64,000 nt of DNA from an uncultured archaeon (GTDB lineage Archaea > Asgardarchaeota > Lokiarchaeia > Sigyniarchaeales > SOKP01): NCBI GenBank assembly GCA_964486045.1, contig CAZALK010000008.1:128001-192000 (forward strand). The letters are read 5' to 3'. Made by a program: the position numbers and the translations under genes. Below the pieces are notes generated by a model. The model had not been told where the DNA came from and ran no database searches. It was given only the letters and a program-made list of their open reading frames with translations. Position 1 is the first letter of the stretch; each line of letters opens with the position of its first letter. Positions 20,452 through 30,022 of this stretch are shown here, in pieces.

Positions 20452-23331
20452 TTGACATTGATTAACGATTTATTAAAATTCTTCTATACTGAACCAAGCG
20501 ATTTAGACTATTCTCCTGGTAATGAGATGACGACAGCATTTATTTATGACGAAATTCGAGAAATTGGAGATAACATTTTTACATCTAATATAGATCCTAA
20601 ATTTTATAAAGAGACCGCTGAAATATTCTTAAAAGACATTGATACTCTATTACAAGATACTCCGGATGGGAAAAGATTAGTATGGGAAGAATCATTAGTG
20701 GCACATCTACCCGCTTTGGACGAGAATGGTGATCAAATTATTTTAAGACCTTCAATGCTACCTTCTAAAGATACCGGCTTCTTTATCTGGGATGAAGGAA
20801 AAAAGAAATCCTCTGACGAATTAACAGATCAATGGGGAAACGAAGGCGGATGGGGTTATTTTCAGGGAAAAGGCTCCCCATTTATTTTTGTTCACGATGA
20901 CGATGGCAATAATGGAATTATGCCCGTAAGTTTAATGGGTGATACCATGCCTGAAGGAATAAATCTAGGATATAAGAGTTCAGGTACAGGAGATGTGATA
21001 AAAGGAGTGTATCTAAGCGACGAAGGAGGAGGACTTTTACTATCACAAATTGGGCTCATATCTGAAACGTTCTATGCTAAGGGTAAGGAATGGTTCAAAG
21101 ATCCATTAGCCATCCCAAATCACATTAACCCGAATTATGAAATAGAAATAAATGGTAAGGTTGTCATGGTTCCTAGACTAATTTATTACAGATCTTCTAC
21201 GAGACAGACTGGTAACCATATCCATGGATTCCTTCAGAAGGTAGTATCCACTATGGTACCTCGGAACACGTACAAACCGCTCATAAAGGCTGAAGTTTCT
21301 CTAACAAGTAGACTGAAAAGCATCTTAAAAAGTAGCGAGTTTTCTTATCGGTTTGAATTCGATAGGGATTTCTCATCTAAGCAATTATTCGAAATACTTA
21401 GTTTACTTCCTACTGTTGCTCAGAAAGGCTCTTCAGGTGCGATTGATTCAACTGCTTTAAATTTACTTAAATATTTTAATGGTCGATTTATAGGTAAAAA
21501 AACATTGACGAATTTTATTCCAGGTCCAGACAAAATTGAAATTAATGACATGATTAGGGCGTTAGAATTCACTGCCTTAGAATTAAAGCGATTAGCATGG
21601 AAAAATAGTGATAATACTTTCATCGGGGCAAATCAATATCTTAAAGAATGGTTAATGTTAATCTATAATAAGATTATGACATACGATAAAACTCAACCCA
21701 ATGCTGACACTAGCATAATACGAGAGCAAGAAAAACTAACAGACCTCAGAGATAACCATGCCACAACTTATTCTGAACTAGTTACCTCAATTGAGCCAGA
21801 AAAATGTACTCCAAAGGAGTGGAATATGGCCATTAGTATTTTTGAGTCAGCATCAAAGTTATTTGGTCATGGGACAGTCAGATTAATGCTTTCAAATATG
21901 GTGAATTTCAATAAAGATAAGAGCATAAAAATATATAATACTCCTCCAAAAGGTGAACTCGCAGCAATTCATAATCATATAGGTTTTGCTTCTATGGGCA
22001 ATTTGCCAATTTCTGATTATACAACCATCGGTAACTTTTACGAACATATGGTTGGAATATTTCTTCTAGATTCTCATGTTATCATACCGAGGACTGATAT
22101 TATAATTAATTCAAAAGAAAACTCATACATATTTCCTTTCGGACCAATAACATTTAATAATCCGACCGAAATTGTCGAAGCCAATACCATAGGTTCATTT
22201 TCTTGGTCTTTAGCTAAAAAGATTTCTGGCGAATTCAAAATATATATGAATAGCAAAACGAAGATAGATAGTTTTATATCCTCACAAACAAATCTATATA
22301 ACGCCTTTTCTGATTTATTAGATGAACAAATAATAGATCAGAGACTCTATAACAACTTCAACACCCCTGAAAAGACTTGGAAGGAAAGGAAAGGAATGAA
22401 TATCTGGCTTTCTAGAAGAACCAAACAAGTCGCAAGGACAGAGCTCTTTTCTATTCAATCCGGTGGCTTAAGAAACAATATTGATGAATTTAGGGCATTA
22501 TTTGATTATTTAACTGACATACCATTTAATGTCCTTAAGGCGGGAGCTACTACTACATTCTCTCTATCACTAACTCAGCCATTTTTAGAAAATATAGACT
22601 ATTTGAGTTGGCCAAAGGACGCCATTGCCAAACTTATCGAGGATTCTTATCAACGTTTCAAAGATGAAAATATTGAAAACTTTTTTGACCAAACTAGAAA
22701 GATAATTTCAGAATTTGGAACCGACGGTAAGAAAGTGCTAATTCAACCTATATTTTCTACAAACGATCCAGATCTAGGATATCAACACCTAATATCTGCT
22801 GAAAATCTCGCTAAAAAGAGGTGGTTACCAAGAGAAAAAACGGTATTTGAAGTTGACCTTACCAAACCCGAGGAAGCACATTATGTTTTAGAACATATAG
22901 CTCATCTTATGGCTACATTTAATATCGCTTTTGTATTTAGAGAGTGGATTGACCTAGATACTGACCCCCGTTATAAAGATATTTATTTGAGGACAGAAAA
23001 AATGAAGAAATATTTTGAAGATAATCAAGAAGTAATTACAGCGGTTGATTTTGAGGGTTATTTACGCATTGACGAAATCTATTCAGGGTCTTCTTCTGGT
23101 GAACAAGTCTTACTTAATGGCTATACCACAAATTCAGAGGGAAAAACATTTTTTGATGCTGAAGTTTTTAAGACATACGATGAATGGGACAAAGTATGGA
23201 AACATAAAATGGGTTTCTTTTCGATTTCATTTGGTAAATTTAATTTTAACGCATTAATGTCTGGCACTTCTGATCAAGCGAATACCCTAAGAGAGATATT
23301 AGATCCAACAGGAACAAGATTTAGAAATTAG
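20452..23331 (+). CDS. Hypothetical protein, 959 aa (no recognisable motif)
   Basis: Long uninterrupted ORF. The TTG start is uncertain. Its stop overlaps the stop of the convergent LRR gene. Confidence 0.8.
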   Translation: MTLINDLLKFFYTEPSDLDYSPGNEMTTAFIYDEIREIGDNIFTSNIDPKFYKETAEIFLKDIDTLLQDTPDGKRLVWEESLVAHLPALDENGDQIILRPSMLPSKDTGFFIWDEGKKKSSDELTDQWGNEGGWGYFQGKGSPFIFVHDDDGNNGIMPVSLMGDTMPEGINLGYKSSGTGDVIKGVYLSDEGGGLLLSQIGLISETFYAKGKEWFKDPLAIPNHINPNYEIEINGKVVMVPRLIYYRSSTRQTGNHIHGFLQKVVSTMVPRNTYKPLIKAEVSLTSRLKSILKSSEFSYRFEFDRDFSSKQLFEILSLLPTVAQKGSSGAIDSTALNLLKYFNGRFIGKKTLTNFIPGPDKIEINDMIRALEFTALELKRLAWKNSDNTFIGANQYLKEWLMLIYNKIMTYDKTQPNADTSIIREQEKLTDLRDNHATTYSELVTSIEPEKCTPKEWNMAISIFESASKLFGHGTVRLMLSNMVNFNKDKSIKIYNTPPKGELAAIHNHIGFASMGNLPISDYTTIGNFYEHMVGIFLLDSHVIIPRTDIIINSKENSYIFPFGPITFNNPTEIVEANTIGSFSWSLAKKISGEFKIYMNSKTKIDSFISSQTNLYNAFSDLLDEQIIDQRLYNNFNTPEKTWKERKGMNIWLSRRTKQVARTELFSIQSGGLRNNIDEFRALFDYLTDIPFNVLKAGATTTFSLSLTQPFLENIDYLSWPKDAIAKLIEDSYQRFKDENIENFFDQTRKIISEFGTDGKKVLIQPIFSTNDPDLGYQHLISAENLAKKRWLPREKTVFEVDLTKPEEAHYVLEHIAHLMATFNIAFVFREWIDLDTDPRYKDIYLRTEKMKKYFEDNQEVITAVDFEGYLRIDEIYSGSSSGEQVLLNGYTTNSEGKTFFDAEVFKTYDEWDKVWKHKMGFFSISFGKFNFNALMSGTSDQANTLREILDPTGTRFRN

Positions 23332-24599
23332 TGGATTTTTATCCCTTTTTTTTTTAATTTTTGAATAATGAGATTACCACTTTCTGTAAGGTTGTTTTCA
23401 TCAATAAATAAAGTTTTTAGATATTTTAGATTTAGCAAGTTTTTTGGTAAATCTCTAATTTTATTTCCCTTTAAATTAAGAAGTTCGAGATTTTCAAGTT
23501 TACCTATAGATTCAGTTATTTTTTTTATCCGATTCTTTTGTAGGTGCAATGTCTTTAAATTTCTTAACAAAAAGACGTTAACGGGTATTTGAGTTAAAAG
23601 ATTATTACCTAAATACAGATATTCAAGTCTTTTCAATTCGATAATTGAATCTGGAATTTCTTCAACCATATTACCCAGAGAAAATAATTTAAGCCTATTT
23701 AGAGCACCTATTCTTTTTGGGACAAATTTTAGACAAGCACTTCGGATTCTTAACTTTTCAATCTTGTATAGGTCAAATATTGAGTTTGGAAATTCCTCCA
23801 AAATACTACTTTCCACTGATAATTCTTGTAAATTCTTTAATTTTACAAATGTTTTCGGTATTGATGGTATTTTATCTCCAAAATAACGTAAAACTTGTAA
23901 ATTTTTAAAGTTAGAGACTGAACTCGGGAGGGGTTTTGCGGGTTTATTATACCAATATAACAGTAGTTTAATTACGGACTTATCTTTTACCATAAACTGT
24001 TGACTCTCATCCAAGCCGTCACCAGTGTCAAATTCCTCCCAATTTACCTTTTGGTTTATAGGCTCATCTGTAAACTTTTCAAGCTCAAGCAACGATTCAG
24101 CTTCCACAGGATTTAAAATAGACATAAAATATTGATCACGGTCTAAAAAATCGACATAATGTTCGCTGACTAAAAATTTAATAACTGAATCATTCCCTGA
24201 AGCGAGACGTGTTGCGATTTCTCCTTTAAAGACTTGTTTTGCGATTGCATCACCGGCTTTAGTGAGAGCGTGAAGTAGTGGAAATGCCAAATTTCGATGG
24301 AGCAGTCGTGTGTCATAATTGTTCTCATACCATACTTGTAAATTTGAACAGTGTGCCCAAAACTCAGTTCTAGGATCTATATAGACATCTTCTCGCTCAC
24401 CAGGGTGTTCTAGGGTATTATCAAGTTTTTCAGTGATTTCATCAAGAGACTTAAGTTCTTCAAGCGATTTAACTTTGTTAATTGGGATGTTTAAAAGTAA
24501 GAATTTGCATTGAATGAATCTCTTACCAGCAACATAAATAATTGTTCGAACACCCTCGACTTTTAGCGTTAAATATCTATTAATTCTAAATTCGCTCAT
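23328..24599 (-). CDS. Leucine-rich repeat protein with Lokiarchaeia-type N-terminal domain
   Basis: N-terminal EFRINRYLTLK...FIQCKFLLLNIP...EFWAHCSNLQVWYENNYDTRLLHRNLAFPLL domain. C-terminal LxxLxLxxNxLxxIP repeats. Start is reassigned to the ATG at 24599 (MSEF). Confidence 0.88.
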   Translation of the reverse strand: MSEFRINRYLTLKVEGVRTIIYVAGKRFIQCKFLLLNIPINKVKSLEELKSLDEITEKLDNTLEHPGEREDVYIDPRTEFWAHCSNLQVWYENNYDTRLLHRNLAFPLLHALTKAGDAIAKQVFKGEIATRLASGNDSVIKFLVSEHYVDFLDRDQYFMSILNPVEAESLLELEKFTDEPINQKVNWEEFDTGDGLDESQQFMVKDKSVIKLLLYWYNKPAKPLPSSVSNFKNLQVLRYFGDKIPSIPKTFVKLKNLQELSVESSILEEFPNSIFDLYKIEKLRIRSACLKFVPKRIGALNRLKLFSLGNMVEEIPDSIIELKRLEYLYLGNNLLTQIPVNVFLLRNLKTLHLQKNRIKKITESIGKLENLELLNLKGNKIRDLPKNLLNLKYLKTLFIDENNLTESGNLIIQKLKKKGIKIH

Positions 24600-24903
24600 G
24601 ATCTCCTCAATATAAAGAAAAGTTGTCTTTATATAATTAATCGAAATCAAGACATAAAAAAATTATGTGTAAGTATATTTTTTGATTTTATAAATACCAA
24701 AAGAGCCAATATTAAATTTTTCTTTCTTATTGAAAATGTTATAAAAAAGCCATTAAAAGAGTTCAGACTAAAGGAAAAATACAAATTAACCAAAACTTGA
24801 CTAATCATTAAAATTATAGGAGAGATAATCTCAGAAATTTTTTTTATTTTTTTTAAATTTAACTTAAAATTCACTACCCAATGCACTTAATCTTTACATA
24901 ACT

Positions 24904-27327
24904 TTAAGTTTTTTTACGGGCGGTTTGAAATGACAGCAAATCCATTTGAGTTGATTTTTGGTTGAAGTTTGCTACTACTTCTTCAAGATCGGGAAAGCTA
25001 AATGGAAAAATGCTCTCAAAAGCCCTTTTTAATAGTTCTGTGTACTTCTTTTTATCATACTGGTGCTTCTTTGGATCATACAAATCCGAAAGGATCACTT
25101 TTTTTTCGGGAAAACTGGGGTCTGCTTCAGCGTTAAGGATAATATACCTTACATTCTTTCCCGCAGAAGCAATTACACCCGAGCGTTCTAGCTGTCTAGC
25201 CGCTACTGCTTGGTAAGAGTTCACCTTGTATTGTGAAGGTCGTCTTGAAATCTTTTGTTTTATCGTAAGCTCATCCCCCGATACATTACCACTTGTGATT
25301 TTGTTAATATATTCATAGAGCTTCTTTTTTGCTTCGGGAATTTTTTTCATAAACTCTTCGACGGAAACGACTCCTTGGAATACATCAAAAAAAGCATATT
25401 GGGCATCTTTGACGATCTTTGGTATATCTCTACGTCTCACCTCAACGCCTCTGACCTTTAGTTCTCCATTAGTTTTGATACCCCAATAATGAGTGAGGGC
25501 TGGAACGTTACGTTCGGCTCGAGAGGGCAGAAAAGCAATGACATTATAGCATCCATCCCAGCTCATCGGGACTCTAGTATGATCCGTTATTTCTTCAGCT
25601 ATCTTCTTAGTTACTTTTTCAAACTCCTCGGGAGTTCTTCCTTTCGTGTCTTTCACATAGATTGAATCAACAATTCCGTGAATAATCTTGCACCCGTGAC
25701 TTCCAGCGATTTCAGCCGCACGCATTAAAAATTCTCGGGCAAATGCACACACTGTTTGGTGTGCCTCAATTTTACCAAAACGCGCATTTTTGAAGCCTAA
25801 ATAACCAAAACTTACTACAAGCACCCATTTTAAAGCGATATCTGTGAACTTGTATCGAAGATCATCGTGTGTTTTGTTATATGCTTTGCACTCTAAACGT
25901 TTTCTAAGGGGTAGACTAATCGATTTTGAGATAATTCCTTCTCTTTTGGAACAGATATGAAAACCTCCTCCTCCGGGTACTCTAATTCCCGTTCCATCAT
26001 CTTTGCAACATTTGCAGTTAATTGTTTCAGATGAAACGTTAAGATTGGCCATAATGGAAGGATACATTGATGAAAAATCGAGTTCTACAACTTGATCAAA
26101 GACTCCGATTATTGGCTCGAATATATGGCCTCCCCGGTCATTAACGATCAGATCCATGCCATTTCTAAATCCTTCAGGACTTTTCTTGAAAGGTGGAATA
26201 AGATGACCTAGCTTGTAGGCATTATAATATTGTATCGACTGAAGCGCACCTCCAATTGTTATTCTACATAGTCTCTGCATCGCTACTCGAGAAATCCTCG
26301 CAACTTCAATAATTCCTGGTATATTTCCTTCACTAAAGTGCAAACTCCCATAAGAAGATGTATCCATATGAAAACGACCAGTCAAATACACTTGCGTTTT
26401 AGAGCGACGCATTATTATCCCATATGACATATAATGATCTGAGTTTCCTGAAAGGTTAAAAATACAGTTTTTTAGCGGTGTTTTATTCCGAGAAAGGTAG
26501 AGATCCTTTGATACTCGATTCACTGATGCCCGAGCAACTAAGTATGGAAATACGAATTCGTCTCCTCCACTAGTTAATATAATATCAGGATCTAATTTCT
26601 CGATTACTTTACTAATCATTTTAATGGTTTCTGCTTCATCAGCTTCATCGATAAGAATCGTTCTTTTTCTCTGACCGTCTGCCCTTGGCACATTATTTTC
26701 ATCATTTTCAACAATGCTCACCTCTGCGTATACCAAACAGTCGTTAAAATATGATCTCATCCCATGTTGTTCAACTTTTATATCCAGCCATACAGATTTT
26801 AACGGAGGTAATTCATAAAATAGTTCTTCGTTGTCATCTTTTAAATCTAAGGATACCAGCTGCATTGAGTGACCATCAGCATTTTTCTTCTTTTTAGGTT
26901 TGACCTTGAAACTGCAAAAAGACATAGGAAAGAGATCATTTACGTAGAAATACATCTGAGCGATTGGAAGATCGGTGTTATATAACGTAAACAGCCCAAT
27001 CCCATCAATAGCTTTAATAGTTTTCTTAAATACTGAAGGCTTCACCACAGAGACTCCAAAGATTTTTGTCTTCTTATGGTCTTCTAGCTTCACATATTTT
27101 TCGCAGATTCGTACACCTTTAACGTCGTGATGGGATAAAAGAATAGTCTCTAGCCTCCTAAAATCGTTACCCATGTGTTTCTTTGGCACAGCAAAAAATT
27201 CGGGGCAGAAATCATGAAATATTTTTACAATCTTTTGCTCTTTTGCAGTTTTCACCCAAAGAATGACTCCATTGCCATGAGTGGAGACATCAAAAAGCCA
27301 ACCGTCAAATTGTTCTTGAAAGCTCAA
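24904..27327 (-). CDS. polB2: Family B DNA polymerase, PolB2 (Dpo2-like) group
   Basis: LDFSSMYPSIM, KWVLVVSFGYLG, HGIVDS (in place of YGDTDS) and VRGVEVRR. Exonuclease motifs are degenerate (LDIK, GGDEFVF). C-terminal PIP-like QMDLLSF. Confidence 0.9.
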   Translation of the reverse strand: MSFQEQFDGWLFDVSTHGNGVILWVKTAKEQKIVKIFHDFCPEFFAVPKKHMGNDFRRLETILLSHHDVKGVRICEKYVKLEDHKKTKIFGVSVVKPSVFKKTIKAIDGIGLFTLYNTDLPIAQMYFYVNDLFPMSFCSFKVKPKKKKNADGHSMQLVSLDLKDDNEELFYELPPLKSVWLDIKVEQHGMRSYFNDCLVYAEVSIVENDENNVPRADGQRKRTILIDEADEAETIKMISKVIEKLDPDIILTSGGDEFVFPYLVARASVNRVSKDLYLSRNKTPLKNCIFNLSGNSDHYMSYGIIMRRSKTQVYLTGRFHMDTSSYGSLHFSEGNIPGIIEVARISRVAMQRLCRITIGGALQSIQYYNAYKLGHLIPPFKKSPEGFRNGMDLIVNDRGGHIFEPIIGVFDQVVELDFSSMYPSIMANLNVSSETINCKCCKDDGTGIRVPGGGGFHICSKREGIISKSISLPLRKRLECKAYNKTHDDLRYKFTDIALKWVLVVSFGYLGFKNARFGKIEAHQTVCAFAREFLMRAAEIAGSHGCKIIHGIVDSIYVKDTKGRTPEEFEKVTKKIAEEITDHTRVPMSWDGCYNVIAFLPSRAERNVPALTHYWGIKTNGELKVRGVEVRRRDIPKIVKDAQYAFFDVFQGVVSVEEFMKKIPEAKKKLYEYINKITSGNVSGDELTIKQKISRRPSQYKVNSYQAVAARQLERSGVIASAGKNVRYIILNAEADPSFPEKKVILSDLYDPKKHQYDKKKYTELLKRAFESIFPFSFPDLEEVVANFNQKSTQMDLLSFQTARKKT

Positions 27328-27602
27328 TCTTTAGTCTTTCCTTTTATCATTTCTTCTAATTTATTTACTTTCTTTTCTAGCATCTCAATTTTCTTTTCTT
27401 GTTCTACGGCAAAAGAAAGGAACAATATTTCTGATAGCATTGGACGTGCGCTCATGCTGCCAGCATCTGCATGTATTCGAGCATAATTCATTAATTTATT
27501 AAATATTTTTTGTCCTTCAGGCCTTAAAGCTCTTTTAAAGCCTTTCCAGCTTTCAATCTCATGTTCTAACGCAGGCCTGAAAGAAGGTACAGTTCTTCCC
27601 AT
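27324..27602 (-). CDS. Small PolB2-associated protein (arCOG07300-like)
   Basis: MGRTVPSFR...WKGFKRALRPE..IFNKL family pattern. Overlaps the polB2 start by 4 nt. Start is reassigned to the ATG at 27602. Confidence 0.8.
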   Translation of the reverse strand: MGRTVPSFRPALEHEIESWKGFKRALRPEGQKIFNKLMNYARIHADAGSMSARPMLSEILFLSFAVEQEKKIEMLEKKVNKLEEMIKGKTKD

Positions 27603-27780
27603 ATTAAAAACCAAGTAAAATAATTCGAATAGAAATTTAAGGGGAAATGGCATCGAAATTTTTTGATTTTCTGAAGAATTTTAAAATTTAATTTTGAATC
27701 AAGAGGGTTATAGATTTTTTTTAGTTAGCAAAAACTTTATTTAAGGGGTTAATTTACACTAGCTAAATTAGAGTTAGGTT

Positions 27781-28170
27781 TTGTTCTTGAGTGAAGAATT
27801 ATTACGATGGCATGCGCCTTGCGGAATTTTTTGTAAAAGATGTTTGGCTTCAGAACGCCTTGGATGCGAAGGTTGTAGGGAACGAGAAGGGAAAGTCTTG
27901 AAGGGCCCCCTATGTAAAACTTATGAATGTGTTACAAATAAAGGACACGAATTCTGTTATGAATGTAATGATTTCCCCTGTGAAATGCTCCAACCAATTG
28001 TCCATTTTGAACAGTTTCTTCCCCATAATTCAAAACTTTATAATTTATTAATGATACAAAAACTCGGTTTAGATGAGTGGAATAAAATGTGTGAGGAAAA
28101 ATCAACACTTTACTATAAAGGAAAGAAGATTAAACGTGGTGGCGATCCCCTTACACTTGAAAAAGATTAA
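27781..28170 (+). CDS. DUF3795-like cysteine-rich protein
   Basis: APCGIFCKRC, CEGCR and C..YEC...KG.EFCYEC.DFPC motifs. Confidence 0.8.
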   Translation: MFLSEELLRWHAPCGIFCKRCLASERLGCEGCREREGKVLKGPLCKTYECVTNKGHEFCYECNDFPCEMLQPIVHFEQFLPHNSKLYNLLMIQKLGLDEWNKMCEEKSTLYYKGKKIKRGGDPLTLEKD

Positions 28171-28252
28171 AAAAAAAGTCTCATTAATTATAGCAAAGTG
28201 TTCATAAATCTAATTTTAGCAAAATTTACACCAGAATTATCTGGGAACTATC

Positions 28253-28900
28253 ATGAATTCTAAAAAAGATAATTTTGGACCTTCAGCTGATGTTAAAAGT
28301 TATGTATTAGCATCAGGAGCAGATATCGTAGGGATTGCAGATCCTTTCAAATTAGCTGAGATTTCTGGAAAAAAAAGCCCATTTTCAGCCATGGAAAACA
28401 CCAAATCAGTAATTATTTTTGGAATTGCTATGCCAAAAGAAATTATTGAAGAAGCTCCTGAAGCAGAGTACCAGAGAAGGCTTGCAAATTACTTCGATAA
28501 ATTAAGAAGAATAGCTAAAAAAGTAGCAAGACAGCTTAAAGAACAAGGATTTAATAGCTATCCTTGCCATGATCAAGATAATATTGAACACAAAAAGGCA
28601 GCTGAGCTGGCTGGACTCGGTAGAGTAGGAAGTCATACTCTTTTGATTACACCCCTTTATGGCCCAAGGGTGCATTTAAACTCAGTATTAACTGATCAAA
28701 TTCTTCAATTTGATACTATTATAGAAACTAAAATTTGCGATCAATGCGACGAATGCATCAAAGGTTGCCCCCCTGCTGCTTTAAAAAAAGGTTTAGAAGT
28801 GGATCGCCAAAAATGCCTAAATTATCGTTACACAAAATTAAAAAGACGTTATTGTGGTTTATGCATGAAAATTTGCTGGGAACATCTTGGATGTCCTTAG
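28253..28900 (+). CDS. Epoxyqueuosine reductase-like Fe-S protein (QueG/reductive dehalogenase-like)
   Basis: GADIVGIA, HKKAAELAGLG, LLITPLYGPRV, CDQCDECIKGCP and CGLCMKIC motifs. Confidence 0.8.
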   Translation: MNSKKDNFGPSADVKSYVLASGADIVGIADPFKLAEISGKKSPFSAMENTKSVIIFGIAMPKEIIEEAPEAEYQRRLANYFDKLRRIAKKVARQLKEQGFNSYPCHDQDNIEHKKAAELAGLGRVGSHTLLITPLYGPRVHLNSVLTDQILQFDTIIETKICDQCDECIKGCPPAALKKGLEVDRQKCLNYRYTKLKRRYCGLCMKICWEHLGCP

Positions 28901-28967
28901 TATATTTTACCCCAACTCTAAATTTCTAAAGAAAATTTTTGATAGATTAAGGTTTTATCTCATAAAG

Positions 28968-29717
28968 CTAAATCCAACAATCTATCGTAGCATTTTTTAG
29001 AGGAATTTTCTTTTTTGATGTACGAGGCTTCCATTTTAATAACCGCTTTTCAGGCATGTAAGGATGCTGAAAGAGGGTGTATTCTGCATAACGTTCGTCA
29101 TCATTTATCATTACGAGCACACTCCCAAAATGAGAAAGAATTTTTCCCCCTTTTGGCCTGAAAAGAGAATGTTCATGTAAAGGTGCTGTTATAATAATGA
29201 GGGGATTTGTCTTCCAAAGGATCTTTCTAATCCCATCTAAGGTTCTTAGTAGATCTTCAAAAGTCTGTTTTTCGTAGGCCTCAAACAGAGTTGTAATTCC
29301 CGAGATCATCACAACTTTCACATCTTCAAGTATGGAAAGTTTGTTCTCTAAAATTTCAACCATTTGCTCCCAAGTGAAAGCTCTGCTTATGAGAATATTT
29401 TTCAAAACCTTTTGGGGGGACAGGTTTTGAGTAACTGCAAATTTACTTACATTATAAGGGTTAAATCGATTATTTCCATCGACAAATGCAACTTTGATAC
29501 CTTCTCCAAGTCCTCCATTACTAAACGCTTTTTGGGCAATAACGGCAGTTGTTAATAAAATATTTGTCGTTAATTTCTTGTCTCCATAAAGCAGATAGAC
29601 TAAATCTCGGTGAAATCCTCCGGAAAGCAACTCATCGAGAGTTTTATCTCCGCTTGAAATGAGAGGAGAATGAATATTCCTTTTGTACACCTTGAATCCT
29701 GAATCAAACGTCATCAT
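28968..29717 (-). CDS. RadA/Rad51-like protein with degenerate Walker A (PolB2-associated)
   Basis: SSGDKTLDELLSGG, VAFVDGNNRFNP and NILISRAFTWEQ. Walker A position reads LYGDKKLT. Start is probably the ATG at 29717 or 29714. Confidence 0.85.
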   Translation of the reverse strand: MMTFDSGFKVYKRNIHSPLISSGDKTLDELLSGGFHRDLVYLLYGDKKLTTNILLTTAVIAQKAFSNGGLGEGIKVAFVDGNNRFNPYNVSKFAVTQNLSPQKVLKNILISRAFTWEQMVEILENKLSILEDVKVVMISGITTLFEAYEKQTFEDLLRTLDGIRKILWKTNPLIIITAPLHEHSLFRPKGGKILSHFGSVLVMINDDERYAEYTLFQHPYMPEKRLLKWKPRTSKKKIPLKNATIDCWI

Positions 29718-30022
29718 ATGAAGAAACAATTCTTCAAAATAAAATAACAATACACCGACAATTTTCTGAAATTTATGGGTTTTGTCTAGAGTTAAACAAT
29801 ATTGTTTCCTTTTTAAGGATATAATGACCTTTTAAAAGTAAGGTTGTTTCATAGAGAGAGAGAGGGGGGTGATTGAAAATAAAAATTTAAGTAATAATAT
29901 AGAGAAAGCTTTGATATTATCGAAAAAATTCAGAAAGCAAGATTTTTGTATTTTTTATATCAAAAATTTTTATTTTATATCTTCAATATAAATTATTAAT
30001 ACTAATTTTAAGTGAATTTTTT

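Larger units (their letters stand above)
14147..24903. mobile_element. Putative accessory/defence island between intact polB2 and a duplicated polB2 3' end
   Basis: Bracketed by directly oriented homologous segments (13841-14146 and 24904-25218). Cargo is defence-like and orphan genes. No integrase or transposase was seen. Confidence 0.55.

Noticed and set aside
24904-27327. PolB as the replicase of a casposon, pipolin or virus
   Set aside because: The motifs and neighbours are those of cellular PolB2. No Cas1, integrase, capsid gene or terminal inverted repeats were found.
27660-29775. Shared ttcagaaaat upstream of both the small PolB2-associated gene and the RadA-like gene, as a possible damage-response box
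   Set aside because: A 10-nt AT-rich match at different distances from the starts is not distinguishable from chance without orthologous promoters.
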